Positions 1 through 8,451 of a stretch of 32,000 bases of DNA are shown here, one piece after another (within the stretch, counting starts at the first letter, position 1; each line of letters begins with the position of its first letter). Source of the DNA: Cereibacter sphaeroides 2.4.1 (GTDB taxonomy: Bacteria > Pseudomonadota > Alphaproteobacteria > Rhodobacterales > Rhodobacteraceae); assembly GCF_000012905.2 (NCBI RefSeq), contig NC_007493.2, positions 420,001-452,000 on the forward strand, in the 5' to 3' direction. The notes below the pieces were generated by a model that saw nothing but the letters and a program-made list of their open reading frames with translations, was not told the origin of the DNA and searched no databases. The translations under genes were made by a program, and so were the position numbers.

Positions 1-42
1 GCCGAGGCCGCCCTGAAGCCCTACGGACTGGGAGGCTGGTGA
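1..42 (+). CDS. 3' end of an upstream CDS, probably heme O synthase CtaB by synteny with the cta cluster
   Basis: An open frame from the window edge encodes ...AEAALKPYGLGGW and stops at TGA 40-42. The identity is inferred only from its position upstream of ctaG and ctaE. Confidence 0.3.
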   Translation, partial: AEAALKPYGLGGW

Positions 43-43
43 C

Positions 44-220
44 ATGACCATCCGCGCCGAACACGAGATCCACCGCCGCAGGCTCGGCCGCAATCTGGGC
101 GTGGGCCTCACGCTCGCGGCCTTCATCCTCGTGGTCTTCGGCCTGACGGTCGCCAAGGTCTCGCAGCTGGGCGAGCAGGGCGCCTTCGCCCATGCCCCGC
201 CGGGGGCCATGGGGCAATGA
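44..220 (+). CDS. Small 58-aa single-TM membrane protein between ctaB and ctaG
   Basis: The ATG at 44 lies one base after the upstream TGA stop codon (40-42). The stop TGA 218-220 overlaps the ctaG ATG 217-219 (ATGA). Third codon positions are strongly G/C, as in neighbouring genes. There is a hydrophobic stretch LGVGLTLAAFILVVFGLTV. It is absent from the ORF track because it is shorter than 60 aa. Confidence 0.6.
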   Translation: MTIRAEHEIHRRRLGRNLGVGLTLAAFILVVFGLTVAKVSQLGEQGAFAHAPPGAMGQ

Positions 221-792
221 GCCTCTCGCCGCATCAGAAGACCGCGGGGGGCCTCGTGCTCGTCGTGGCGGTGATGGGGGCGGCCTCGTTCGCGGCCGTG
301 CCCTTCTACAACTGGTTCTGCCGGGTCACGGGCTTTGCGGGCACGACCGCCGTCGCCACCGAGGCGCCGGCCGAGGTGCTCGACCGCACCGTGAAGGTCC
401 GGTTCGACGCCTCGCGCGAGGCGGGGATGCCGTGGGAGTTCCGCCCGCTCCAGCGCGAGATGAAGCTGAAGATCGGCGAGACGGGCCTCGCCTTCTACGA
501 GGCCTACAATCCCACGGACCGCACGGTCGCGGGCACCGCCAGCTACAACGTGACGCCCGATGCGGCGGGCGGCTATTTCGCCAAGATTGCCTGCTTCTGC
601 TTCACCGAGCAGGTGCTGGCGCCCGGCGAGCGGGTCGAGATGCCGGTGACCTTCTATGTCGATCCCGCCATCATCGACGATCCCGACGGGCGCTACGTCC
701 GCCAGATCACCCTGTCCTACACCTTCCACGAGACCGCACTGACCGAGGAACAGGCCGCACTTGCCGCCGAGTCCGCGACCGACGTGAACTGA
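217..792 (+). CDS. ctaG: Cytochrome c oxidase assembly (copper insertion) protein CtaG/Cox11
   Basis: 191 aa. It has an N-terminal TM anchor, the PFYNWFCRVTGFAGT motif and the Cu-binding CFCF motif (KIACFCFTEQ). It sits next to ctaE. Confidence 0.95.
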   Translation: MSLSPHQKTAGGLVLVVAVMGAASFAAVPFYNWFCRVTGFAGTTAVATEAPAEVLDRTVKVRFDASREAGMPWEFRPLQREMKLKIGETGLAFYEAYNPTDRTVAGTASYNVTPDAAGGYFAKIACFCFTEQVLAPGERVEMPVTFYVDPAIIDDPDGRYVRQITLSYTFHETALTEEQAALAAESATDVN

Positions 793-819
793 TCCAGAGA
801 CGCCACCCCGGGGGGAACC

Positions 820-1620
820 ATGGCCCACGCCAAGAACCACGACTACCACATCCTGCCGCCCTCGATCTGGCCCTTCATGGCCTCGGTCGGAGCCTTCGTC
901 ATGCTGTTCGGCGCCGTGCTCTGGATGCACGGCTCGGGGCCCTGGATGGGGCTGATCGGGCTCGTCGTGGTGCTCTACACGATGTTCGGCTGGTGGTCCG
1001 ACGTGGTGACGGAAAGCCTCGAGGGCGACCACACGCCGGTGGTGCGTCTGGGCCTGCGCTGGGGCTTCATCCTCTTCATCATGTCCGAGGTGATGTTCTT
1101 CTCGGCCTGGTTCTGGAGCTTCTTCAAGCACGCGCTCTATCCGATGGGGCCCGAGAGCCCGATCATCGACGGGATCTTTCCGCCCGAGGGGATCATCACC
1201 TTCGATCCGTGGCATCTGCCGCTCATCAACACGCTGATCCTGCTCTGCTCGGGCTGCGCGGCCACCTGGGCGCACCATGCGCTGGTGCATGAGAACAATC
1301 GCCGCGACGTGGCCTGGGGGCTGGCGCTCGCCATCGCGCTCGGCGCGCTCTTCACGGTGTTCCAGGCCTACGAATACAGCCACGCGGCTTTCGGCTTCGC
1401 GGGCAACATCTATGGCGCCAACTTCTTCATGGCGACGGGATTCCACGGCTTCCACGTCATCGTGGGCACGATCTTCCTGCTCGTCTGCCTGATCCGGGTG
1501 CAGCGCGGCCACTTCACCCCCGAGAAGCATGTCGGCTTCGAGGCGGCGATCTGGTACTGGCACTTCGTCGATGTGGTCTGGCTGTTCCTCTTCGCCTCGA
1601 TCTACATCTGGGGCCAGTAA
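820..1620 (+). CDS. ctaE: aa3-type cytochrome c oxidase subunit III
   Basis: 266 aa and 7-TM-like. The sequence [15 protein letters not shown]...[14 protein letters not shown] is typical of CoxIII. Confidence 0.97.
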   Translation: MAHAKNHDYHILPPSIWPFMASVGAFVMLFGAVLWMHGSGPWMGLIGLVVVLYTMFGWWSDVVTESLEGDHTPVVRLGLRWGFILFIMSEVMFFSAWFWSFFKHALYPMGPESPIIDGIFPPEGIITFDPWHLPLINTLILLCSGCAATWAHHALVHENNRRDVAWGLALAIALGALFTVFQAYEYSHAAFGFAGNIYGANFFMATGFHGFHVIVGTIFLLVCLIRVQRGHFTPEKHVGFEAAIWYWHFVDVVWLFLFASIYIWGQ

Positions 1621-1771
1621 GTCCGACGCCGGACTGGGGGCCGCTGCGCCGAGCCTATGGACCCACCGGGCCAGCACGCGGGCTGTCGGGCCAGGGAACT
1701 CCGGTGTCCAGCTCGGGTAGCAGGGGAGGGTCCGGGAACTGCACCCTTGCCAGCCGCCTCCCCCGGGATCA

Positions 1772-1801
1772 GAAAGCGCGGGCCGCGAGGCCCGCGCTTT
1801 C
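1772..1801 (+). terminator. Perfect 13-bp stem-loop downstream of ctaE; possible intrinsic terminator or attenuator before surf1
   Basis: GAAAGCGCGGGCC-gcga-GGCCCGCGCTTTC. Only a short TTT tract follows. It ends 6 nt before the surf1 SD GAGGAG (1808-1813). Confidence 0.45.
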
Positions 1802-1820
1802 CGCATCGAGGAGCTGCCCC

Positions 1821-2492
1821 ATGATCCGCCGGATGATCCTGCCCCTTCTCTTCGGCCTGATCGGGGCGGCGATCCTCGTGTCGCTCGGCCTCTGGCAGGT
1901 GCAGCGGCTCCAGTGGAAGGAGGGGGTGCTGGCCGACATCGAGGCCCGCGTCGCGGCTCCGCCCGTGACCCTGCCCGAAGCGCCCGAAGCTGCGCGCGAC
2001 CGCTATCTGCCCGTCACCGTCTCGGGCCGCTTCACCGGCGAGCACATCGACGTGCTCACAAGCCGCAAGGACAGGGGCGCGGGCTACCGGGTGATCTCGG
2101 CCTTCGAGACCGACGAGGGACGCCGCATCCTGATCGACCGGGGCTTCCTTCCGCAGGAGGATCGCGGCCTGCCGCGCACGGCGGTGGGGGCGGGCCTGAC
2201 CGGCAACCTCGCCTGGCCCGCGGAGGTGGACAGCTTCACCCCGTCGCCCGATCCGGTCTCCGGCATCTGGTTCGCCCGCGACGTGCCCGCCATGGCCGAG
2301 GCGCTCTCGACCGAGCCGGTCCTCGTGGTGGCCGCCACCCCCACCGGCGACGGGATCGACCCCTGGCCCATCGGCACCGAAGGCATTCCGAACGACCATC
2401 TCGGCTATGCGGTGACGTGGTTTTCGCTTGCCGTTCTCTGGCTGGGGATGACAGTCCTGCTGCTCTGGCGTATCAGGCGTCGGATGGAATGA
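1821..2492 (+). CDS. surf1: SURF1 family cytochrome oxidase biogenesis protein
   Basis: Start chosen at ATG 1821, preceded by SD GAGGAG, not at the ORF-track start 1704. It has an N-terminal TM segment followed by GLWQVQRLQWKEG and a C-terminal TM segment, as in SURF1. It lies downstream of ctaE. Confidence 0.9.
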   Translation: MIRRMILPLLFGLIGAAILVSLGLWQVQRLQWKEGVLADIEARVAAPPVTLPEAPEAARDRYLPVTVSGRFTGEHIDVLTSRKDRGAGYRVISAFETDEGRRILIDRGFLPQEDRGLPRTAVGAGLTGNLAWPAEVDSFTPSPDPVSGIWFARDVPAMAEALSTEPVLVVAATPTGDGIDPWPIGTEGIPNDHLGYAVTWFSLAVLWLGMTVLLLWRIRRRME

Positions 2493-2503
2493 AGGCGGTA
2501 ACG

Positions 2504-3889
2504 ATGCAGTATATCTCGACTCGCGGCACGGCTCCGGTTCTCGGCTTCGGCGAGGCCATGCTGACGGGCCTTGCCCGGGACGGCGGTCTCTATGTGCCCG
2601 AGTCGGTGCCCGCCCTGTCGGAGTCCGAGATCGCGGCGCTGGCGGGCCTGTCCTACGAGGAGGTGGCCTTCCGCATCATGCGGCCCTTCGTGGGAGAGAC
2701 CTTCGGCGACGACGAGTTCCGCGGCCTGATCGCCGCCGCCTACGAGGGCTTCGGCCATGCCGCCCGCGCGCCGCTGGTGCAACTCGGCCCGAACCACTTC
2801 CTGCTCGAGCTGTTCCACGGGCCCACGCTCGCCTTCAAGGACTTCGCCATGCAGCTGATCGGCCAGCTGTTCCAGGCGGCGCTGGCGAAGAACGGGCAAC
2901 GGATCACCATCGTCGGCGCCACCTCGGGCGACACCGGCTCGGCCGCGATCGAGGCCTTCCGCGGCCTCTCGAACGTCGATGTCTTTATCCTCTTCCCGCA
3001 CGGCCGCGTGTCCGAGGTGCAGCGACGCCAGATGACGACGCCGTCCGAGCCGAACGTTCACGCCCTCGCGGTGGACGGCGACTTCGACGATTGCCAGGCC
3101 CGGCTGAAGGACATGTTCAACGACTTCGCCTTCCGCGATGCGGTGGGGCTGGCTGGCGTCAATTCGATCAACTGGGCGCGGGTGCTGGCGCAGGTCGTCT
3201 ATTACTTCACCTCGGCCGTGGCGCTCGGCGCGCCGCACCGCGAGGTGAGCTTCACGGTGCCCACCGGCAATTTCGGCGACATCTTCGCGGGCTACATCGC
3301 GCGGCGCATGGGGCTGCCCATCGCCCGCCTCGTGGTGGCCACCAACCAGAACGACATCCTGCACCGTGCGCTCTCGACGGGCGCCTACGAGACCGAGGGC
3401 GTCACGCCGTCGATCAGCCCCTCGATGGACATCCAGGTCTCCTCGAACTTCGAGCGGGCCTTGTTCGATGCCTATGGCCGCGACGGGGCGGCGGTGGCAG
3501 CCCTCATGGCCGAGCTGAAGGAGGGCGGCTTCCGCATCTCCGAAAATGCGCTGGGGACGCTGCGCGCGACCTTCGCCTCGGGCCGCGCCTCCGAGGAAGA
3601 GACGCTGGCCACGATCCGCGCCACCCATGCGGCGACGGGCGAGCTTCTCTGCCCCCATTCGGCCGTGGGCGTGAAGGTGGCCGAGGAGGCGCTCGGCCCC
3701 GAGCCGATGATCACGCTCGCCACCGCCCATCCGGCCAAGTTCCCCGATGCGGTCGAGGCGGCCACTGGCCTGCGCCCGCCGCTGCCTGCCCGCATGGCCG
3801 ATCTCTTCGACCGACCCGAGCGGGTGACGCGCGTTCCCAACGACCTGTCCGCCCTCGAAACCCTCATCCGCGAAAGGACCGGGCGTTGA
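2504..3889 (+). CDS. thrC: Threonine synthase
   Basis: MQYISTRG... N-terminus and a PLP-lysine motif PTLAFKDFAMQ. An AAGG SD lies 5 nt upstream of ATG 2504. An alternative in-frame ATG at 2489 overlaps the surf1 stop (ATGA). The 5' part of ORF 1913..3889 is a frame read-through, not coding. Confidence 0.93.
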   Translation: MQYISTRGTAPVLGFGEAMLTGLARDGGLYVPESVPALSESEIAALAGLSYEEVAFRIMRPFVGETFGDDEFRGLIAAAYEGFGHAARAPLVQLGPNHFLLELFHGPTLAFKDFAMQLIGQLFQAALAKNGQRITIVGATSGDTGSAAIEAFRGLSNVDVFILFPHGRVSEVQRRQMTTPSEPNVHALAVDGDFDDCQARLKDMFNDFAFRDAVGLAGVNSINWARVLAQVVYYFTSAVALGAPHREVSFTVPTGNFGDIFAGYIARRMGLPIARLVVATNQNDILHRALSTGAYETEGVTPSISPSMDIQVSSNFERALFDAYGRDGAAVAALMAELKEGGFRISENALGTLRATFASGRASEEETLATIRATHAATGELLCPHSAVGVKVAEEALGPEPMITLATAHPAKFPDAVEAATGLRPPLPARMADLFDRPERVTRVPNDLSALETLIRERTGR

Positions 3890-5145
3890 CCGTTCTCCTC
3901 GACACCCTGCCGAACGGCTTCCGCATCGTCACCGAGCACATGCCCGGGCTGCATTCGGCCTCGATCGGGATCTGGATCGCGGCGGGCGGTCGCCACGAGC
4001 GGCCCGAACAGAACGGGATCGCCCATTTCCTCGAGCACATGGCCTTCAAGGGCACGAAGACCCGCAGCGCGCTGCGCATCGCCGAGGAGATCGAGGATGT
4101 GGGCGGCTACATCAACGCCTACACCTCGCGCGAGATGACGGCCTATTACGCCCGGGTGCTCGAGGCCGACACCGGGCTCGCGCTGGACGTGATCGCCGAC
4201 ATCGTTCTGAACCCGGTCTTCGACCCGAAGGAGATCGAGATCGAGCGGCACGTCATCCTGCAGGAGATCGGCCAGGCGCTCGACACGCCCGACGACATCA
4301 TCTTCGACTGGCTGCAGGAGGCCTCCTACCCCGGTCAGGCCTTCGGCCGCACCATCCTCGGCCCCGAGGAGCGGGTCTCGACCTTCGGGCGCGCCGATCT
4401 CACGCGCTTCGTGGGCGAGCATTACGGCCCGGACCACATGATCCTCGCCGCTGCGGGGGGCGTCGATCACGGCAGGATCGTCGCGCAGGCGCAGGCGCTG
4501 TTCGGTCATCTGAAGCCGGTGGGCCAGCGCCCGATGCAGCCCGCGGACTTCCTCGGCGGCGAGCGGCGCGAGCTGAAGTCGCTGGAGCAGGTCCATTTCG
4601 CCATGGCATTCGAGGCGCCGAACTACCGGGCGCCCGACGTCTATGCGGCGCAGGTCTATGCCATGGCGCTCGGGGGCGGCATGTCCTCGCGGCTCTTCCA
4701 GAAGGTGCGCGAGGAGCGCGGCCTCTGCTATTCGATCTTCGCCCAGTCGGGCGCCTACGAGGATACCGGGCAGATCACGATCTATGCCGGCACCTCGGGC
4801 GAGGAGGTGGCCGATCTCGCGGGGCTTACGGTGGACGAGCTGAAGCGCGCCACCGAGGACATGTCCGAGGCCGAGGTCGCTCGCGCCCGCGCGCAGCTCA
4901 AGGCCGGGCTCCTGATGGGGCTCGAAAGCCCCTCGAACCGGGCCGAGCGGCTGGCGCGGCTTCTGGCCATCTGGGGCAGGGTGCCGGGCGTGGACGAGGC
5001 GGTGGAGAAGATCGACGCGGTGACGGTCGGGGCGGTGCGCGACTATGCAGAGCGCATGGCGCAGGCCCGCTCGGCGCTCGCGCTCTACGGCCCGGCCGAG
5101 GCGGCTCCTGCCCTCGCACAGATCCGCGAGCGGCTGGCCGCCTGA
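3886..5145 (+). CDS. M16 family zinc peptidase (mitochondrial processing peptidase-like)
   Basis: HxxEH zinc motif (IAHFLEHMAFKGT). The likely TTG start at 3886 overlaps the thrC stop (TTGA). The start codon is less certain than the gene call. Confidence 0.88.
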   Translation: MTVLLDTLPNGFRIVTEHMPGLHSASIGIWIAAGGRHERPEQNGIAHFLEHMAFKGTKTRSALRIAEEIEDVGGYINAYTSREMTAYYARVLEADTGLALDVIADIVLNPVFDPKEIEIERHVILQEIGQALDTPDDIIFDWLQEASYPGQAFGRTILGPEERVSTFGRADLTRFVGEHYGPDHMILAAAGGVDHGRIVAQAQALFGHLKPVGQRPMQPADFLGGERRELKSLEQVHFAMAFEAPNYRAPDVYAAQVYAMALGGGMSSRLFQKVREERGLCYSIFAQSGAYEDTGQITIYAGTSGEEVADLAGLTVDELKRATEDMSEAEVARARAQLKAGLLMGLESPSNRAERLARLLAIWGRVPGVDEAVEKIDAVTVGAVRDYAERMAQARSALALYGPAEAAPALAQIRERLAA

Positions 5146-5729
5146 TGCTCGGACTGCGGCGGAAGGTTCGCATCGAGACGGAGCGGATGACGCTGCGCCT
5201 GCCGGCCCATTCCGACTGGCGCGACTGGGCCGCCCTGCGCGCCGAGAGCGCGACCTTCCTCACGCCGTGGGAGCCCGTCTGGTCCTCGGACCATCTCTCG
5301 CGCAAGGCCTTCACCAACCGCGTCTACTGGGCCGCCCGCGCCGAGAGCCAGGGCACCGCGCTGCCGGTTCTGCTGATCCGGCGCGAGGATCAGGCGCTGC
5401 TGGGCGCCATCACGCTCGACAACATCCGCCGCGGTCCGGCGCAGTCGGGGACGCTCGGCTACTGGATCGGCCGGCCCCATGCGCGGCAGGGCTACATGCG
5501 CGAGGCGATCCAGGGCATCGTGCACCACGCCTTCACCGCGATGGACGTGAGCCGGATCGAGGCCGCCTGCCTGCCCGAGAACGCGGCCTCGCGCGGGGTG
5601 CTGGAGAAATGCGGCTTCAAATACGAGGGCGTGGCGCAGAGCTATCTGCAGATCGCGGGGCGCTGGCGGAACCATGTGCTCTACGCGAACCTCCGCGGCG
5701 ACCGGCGCGGACGCACCGACGCGGGCTGA
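5145..5729 (+). CDS. GNAT family N-acetyltransferase (RimJ/RimL-like)
   Basis: 194 aa. The ATG overlaps the peptidase stop by 1 nt (TGATG). It has an acetyl-CoA binding-type motif ARQGYMREAIQGIVHHAF. Confidence 0.85.
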   Translation: MLGLRRKVRIETERMTLRLPAHSDWRDWAALRAESATFLTPWEPVWSSDHLSRKAFTNRVYWAARAESQGTALPVLLIRREDQALLGAITLDNIRRGPAQSGTLGYWIGRPHARQGYMREAIQGIVHHAFTAMDVSRIEAACLPENAASRGVLEKCGFKYEGVAQSYLQIAGRWRNHVLYANLRGDRRGRTDAG

Positions 5730-5737
5730 GGGGGCCG

Positions 5738-5815
5738 CAGGCGGGGGGCTTTGCGCCCCCCGCACCCCCCGCAGGATATTTGGGCCAGAATGAAAGCCGG
5801 AAGGGCGCGGGGCGC
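5738..5815 (+). repeat. Structured intergenic repeat, copy 1 (G6C/GC6 hairpin plus AGGATATTT core)
   Basis: GGGGGGC-tttgc-GCCCCCC hairpin at 5743-5761, followed by CACCCCCCGCAGGATATTTGGGCCAGAATGAAAG. Over the core it matches 13913-13964 at 27/29 positions, then 9/9, then about 10/14. Confidence 0.75.
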
Positions 5816-6062
5816 GAGGCTTCGTGCGGTCCGCGCCTTCGGCAGGATTTCTTTATCTCGCAGCGGATGTCCGGGGTTGGCTGCGGCGGCCGGGCGGGTG
5901 GCGCACCGCCGGTCGCCCTTGAGGATTGGCGGGAGGCGGCGGCCGTGGCGCCGGGCGAAGCCCCAGCGTCTGCAGGCTTACGGGCGTGGGGCGGGCGGCT
6001 GACGCAGCTGTGAACGGGCGCGCGGGCGCGGGCTGGTACGCTTCGGCCCGGAGGTGCCGCCG

Positions 6063-6869
6063 ATGATCCGAACCGCCCTCGCCACCCTTGCCCTTGCCGT
6101 TCCGGTTGCCGCCCCGGCGCAGGAGCGGACGCCGAGCCACTGCATCGCGCTGGCCCAGGGGCCCGAGCGGGTGGTGCCTGCGGCCTTCGGCGATCCTCTC
6201 GCCGAGGACCGGGTGCGGATCCGCTATGTCCATCACGCCACCTTCCTGATCGAGACGCCGGGCGGGCTGGTGGCCGCGACCGACTATACCGGCCTTCTGG
6301 GGCAGCGCGACGTGGTGCCGGATGTGGCCACCATGAACAATGCCCATTCCACCCACTGGACCGATCTACCGGATCCGCGCATTCCGCATCTGTTGCCCGG
6401 CTGGCAGGAGGGCGGGCGCGCCGAGCATCATCTCGATCTGGGCGAGATGCTGGTGCGCAACGTGCCCACCGACGTGCGGTCGCGCTGGGGCGAGGGGATC
6501 CGCAAGGACGGCAATTCGATCTTCGTCTTCGAGGTGGCGGGGCTCTGTATCGGCCATCTCGGCCACCTGCACCATGAGCCGGACGCAGCCCAATATGCGG
6601 CGCTCGGCCGGCTCGACGTGCTGATGGTGCCGGTGGACGGCGGCTATACCGTCGGTCTCGAGACGATGCAGAAGGTGGTCCGCCGCCTGCGCTCCTCGGT
6701 GGTGCTGCCGATGCACTGGTTCTCGGGCCGCTCGCTCGAGAGCTTTCTGGGCGAGATGGAGCCCGAGTTCGAGGTGGTGCGCCTCGAGGGCCCCGAGATC
6801 GAGCTCTCGCTGACCTCGCTGCCGCGGCGGCCCACGATCATGGTGCTCGACCCGGCCTGGGTGGACTGA
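6063..6869 (+). CDS. Secreted MBL-fold (beta-lactamase fold) hydrolase family protein
   Basis: GGAGG lies 9 nt upstream of ATG 6063; the track start GTG 6054 is less likely. It has a signal-peptide-like N-terminus MIRTALATLALAVPVAAPAQE. The family assignment comes from overall resemblance to COG2220-type proteins and is less certain than the gene call. Confidence 0.7.
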   Translation: MIRTALATLALAVPVAAPAQERTPSHCIALAQGPERVVPAAFGDPLAEDRVRIRYVHHATFLIETPGGLVAATDYTGLLGQRDVVPDVATMNNAHSTHWTDLPDPRIPHLLPGWQEGGRAEHHLDLGEMLVRNVPTDVRSRWGEGIRKDGNSIFVFEVAGLCIGHLGHLHHEPDAAQYAALGRLDVLMVPVDGGYTVGLETMQKVVRRLRSSVVLPMHWFSGRSLESFLGEMEPEFEVVRLEGPEIELSLTSLPRRPTIMVLDPAWVD

Positions 6870-6907
6870 GCCCGGGGGCGCGCGTAGAGAGGCACCCGGA
6901 GGTGCCC

Positions 6908-8323
6908 ATGCTGAACCCCGCCGACGATGCCTTCCTCGCCCGGCTGGCCGGGCGCCTGCCGCCGGGCTCGCTGACCGCGCCCGAGCCGCGCCATCTGACC
7001 GAGCCGCGCGGCCGCAGGCAGGGGCAGGCGGGCGCGCTGGCGCTGCCGCGCGACACGGCCGAGGTGGCCGCGATCGTCGCGGCCTGCGCCGCGGCGCGGG
7101 TGGGGATCGTGCCGCTCGGCGGCGGCACCGGCCTCGTGGGCGGGCAGGTGATGGAGACGGGCCCGCTGCCGCTCCTCCTCTCGCTCGAGCGGATGAACCG
7201 CGTGCGGGGGATCTTTCCGGAGGAGAATGTGATTCTCGTGGAAGCGGGGGCCATCCTCGCCGAGGTGCAGGCGGCGGCCGAAGCGGCGGGGCGGATGTTC
7301 CCGCTCTGGCTCGCCTCGGAAGGCTCCTGCCGGATCGGCGGCAATCTTGCCTCGAATGCGGGCGGGACGGCGGTCCTGCGCTACGGCAATGCGCGCGACC
7401 TCTGCCTCGGGCTCGAAGCGGTTCTGCCGGACGGGTCGGTGTTCCACGGGTTGAAGCGGCTGCGCAAGGACAATACCGGCTACGACCTGCGCAACCTGTT
7501 GATCGGCGCCGAGGGCACGCTCGGGATCATCACGGCGGCGAGCCTGAAGCTCGTGCGGCCGCCCGCGGCGGAAGGGGCCGCGCTTCTGGCGGTGCGCGAC
7601 CCCGCCGCGGCACTGGAGCTGCTGGGGCGCGCGCAGCGGCGGCTCGGGCCGCTGGTGACGGGGTTCGAGCTCATGCACCGGCAGGGCTTCGCCTTTCTGG
7701 CCGAGACCATGCCCGAGCGGCGGTTGCCCTTCGCCGACCTGCCGGACTGGACGGTGCTCGTCGATCTGGGCCTGACCGAGGGCATGGATCCTGCGGCCGA
7801 GCTCGAGGCTTTGTTCGCCGAAGCGGCCGAGGCGGGGCTCGTCTCGGACGGGGCCCTCGCGCAGTCGCTGGCCCAGCGGGCGGATTTCTGGGCGCTGCGC
7901 GAGAGCATCCCCGAGGCCAACCGCCGGATCGGCGCCATCGCGAGCCACGACATCTCATTGCCCCTGTCGGAGATCGCGCGCTTCGTGACGGAGGCCGGTG
8001 CGGCGATCGGACGGCTCGGCGATCTGCGGGTGAACTGCTTCGGCCATCTGGGCGACGGCAACCTGCATTACAACGTCTTCCCGGCGGCGGGGCGGCGGCG
8101 CGAGGCGTACGACGACCTGCGGGGCGAGATCACGCGCACCGTGCACGATCTCGTGGCGGCGGCCGGAGGCTCGATCAGCGCCGAGCACGGGATCGGGCGG
8201 CTGAAGGTGGAGGATCTCGAACGCTACGGCGATCCCGCGAAGCTGCGGGCGATGCGCGCCCTCAAGGCGGCGCTCGACCCCTTCGGGATCATGAACCCGG
8301 GCGCCGTGCTGCGGGCGGAATGA
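6908..8323 (+). CDS. FAD-binding oxidoreductase, GlcD / D-lactate / D-2-hydroxyacid dehydrogenase family
   Basis: PCMH-type FAD motif VPLGGGTGLVGG and a C-terminal SAEHGIGRLK motif. GGAGG lies upstream of ATG 6908. Confidence 0.88.
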   Translation: MLNPADDAFLARLAGRLPPGSLTAPEPRHLTEPRGRRQGQAGALALPRDTAEVAAIVAACAAARVGIVPLGGGTGLVGGQVMETGPLPLLLSLERMNRVRGIFPEENVILVEAGAILAEVQAAAEAAGRMFPLWLASEGSCRIGGNLASNAGGTAVLRYGNARDLCLGLEAVLPDGSVFHGLKRLRKDNTGYDLRNLLIGAEGTLGIITAASLKLVRPPAAEGAALLAVRDPAAALELLGRAQRRLGPLVTGFELMHRQGFAFLAETMPERRLPFADLPDWTVLVDLGLTEGMDPAAELEALFAEAAEAGLVSDGALAQSLAQRADFWALRESIPEANRRIGAIASHDISLPLSEIARFVTEAGAAIGRLGDLRVNCFGHLGDGNLHYNVFPAAGRRREAYDDLRGEITRTVHDLVAAAGGSISAEHGIGRLKVEDLERYGDPAKLRAMRALKAALDPFGIMNPGAVLRAE

Positions 8324-8334
8324 GGCCACGAAAA

Positions 8335-8359
8335 GCCCCGCCGGAGCGACCGGCGGGGC
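8335..8359 (-). terminator. Intrinsic terminator in the convergent gap between the FAD oxidase gene and apt
   Basis: GCCCCGCCGG-agcga-CCGGCGGGGC is a perfect 10-bp stem. It is flanked by AAAA on the plus strand, which gives a TTTT tail on the minus strand, so it best fits termination of the mtnP-apt transcript. Confidence 0.6.
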
Positions 8360-8451
8360 GAGGTTGGGGTTGAGGTTACGTCGAGCAAGCAGCGCCGGTC
8401 GCCCGGTCCTTCCGATGTAGGACGATTCGCCTAACAGCCGGTTAAGGCGCC

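Noticed and set aside
2405-3730. 441-aa ORF antisense to thrC. Similar long antisense or out-of-frame ORFs occur at 3472..4596, 6644..7948, 11185..12912, 11349..12977, 15824..17560, 16734..18494, 19489..21357, 22023..23399, 23478..25085, 24569..26149, 26299..27456 and 27405..29375.
   Set aside because: These are typical high-GC shadow ORFs. Their products are Arg/Gly/Pro/His-rich and low in complexity, with no recognisable motifs. In every case the opposite or alternative frame encodes a protein with clear family motifs.
5751-6002. 83-aa ORF (MRPPHPPQDIWARMKAGRARG...) spanning the intergenic repeat
   Set aside because: The product is Arg-rich. It uses codons that are rare in neighbouring genes (AGG, GGA, TTA, TCT), has no SD, and its 5' part is simply the translated repeat element.
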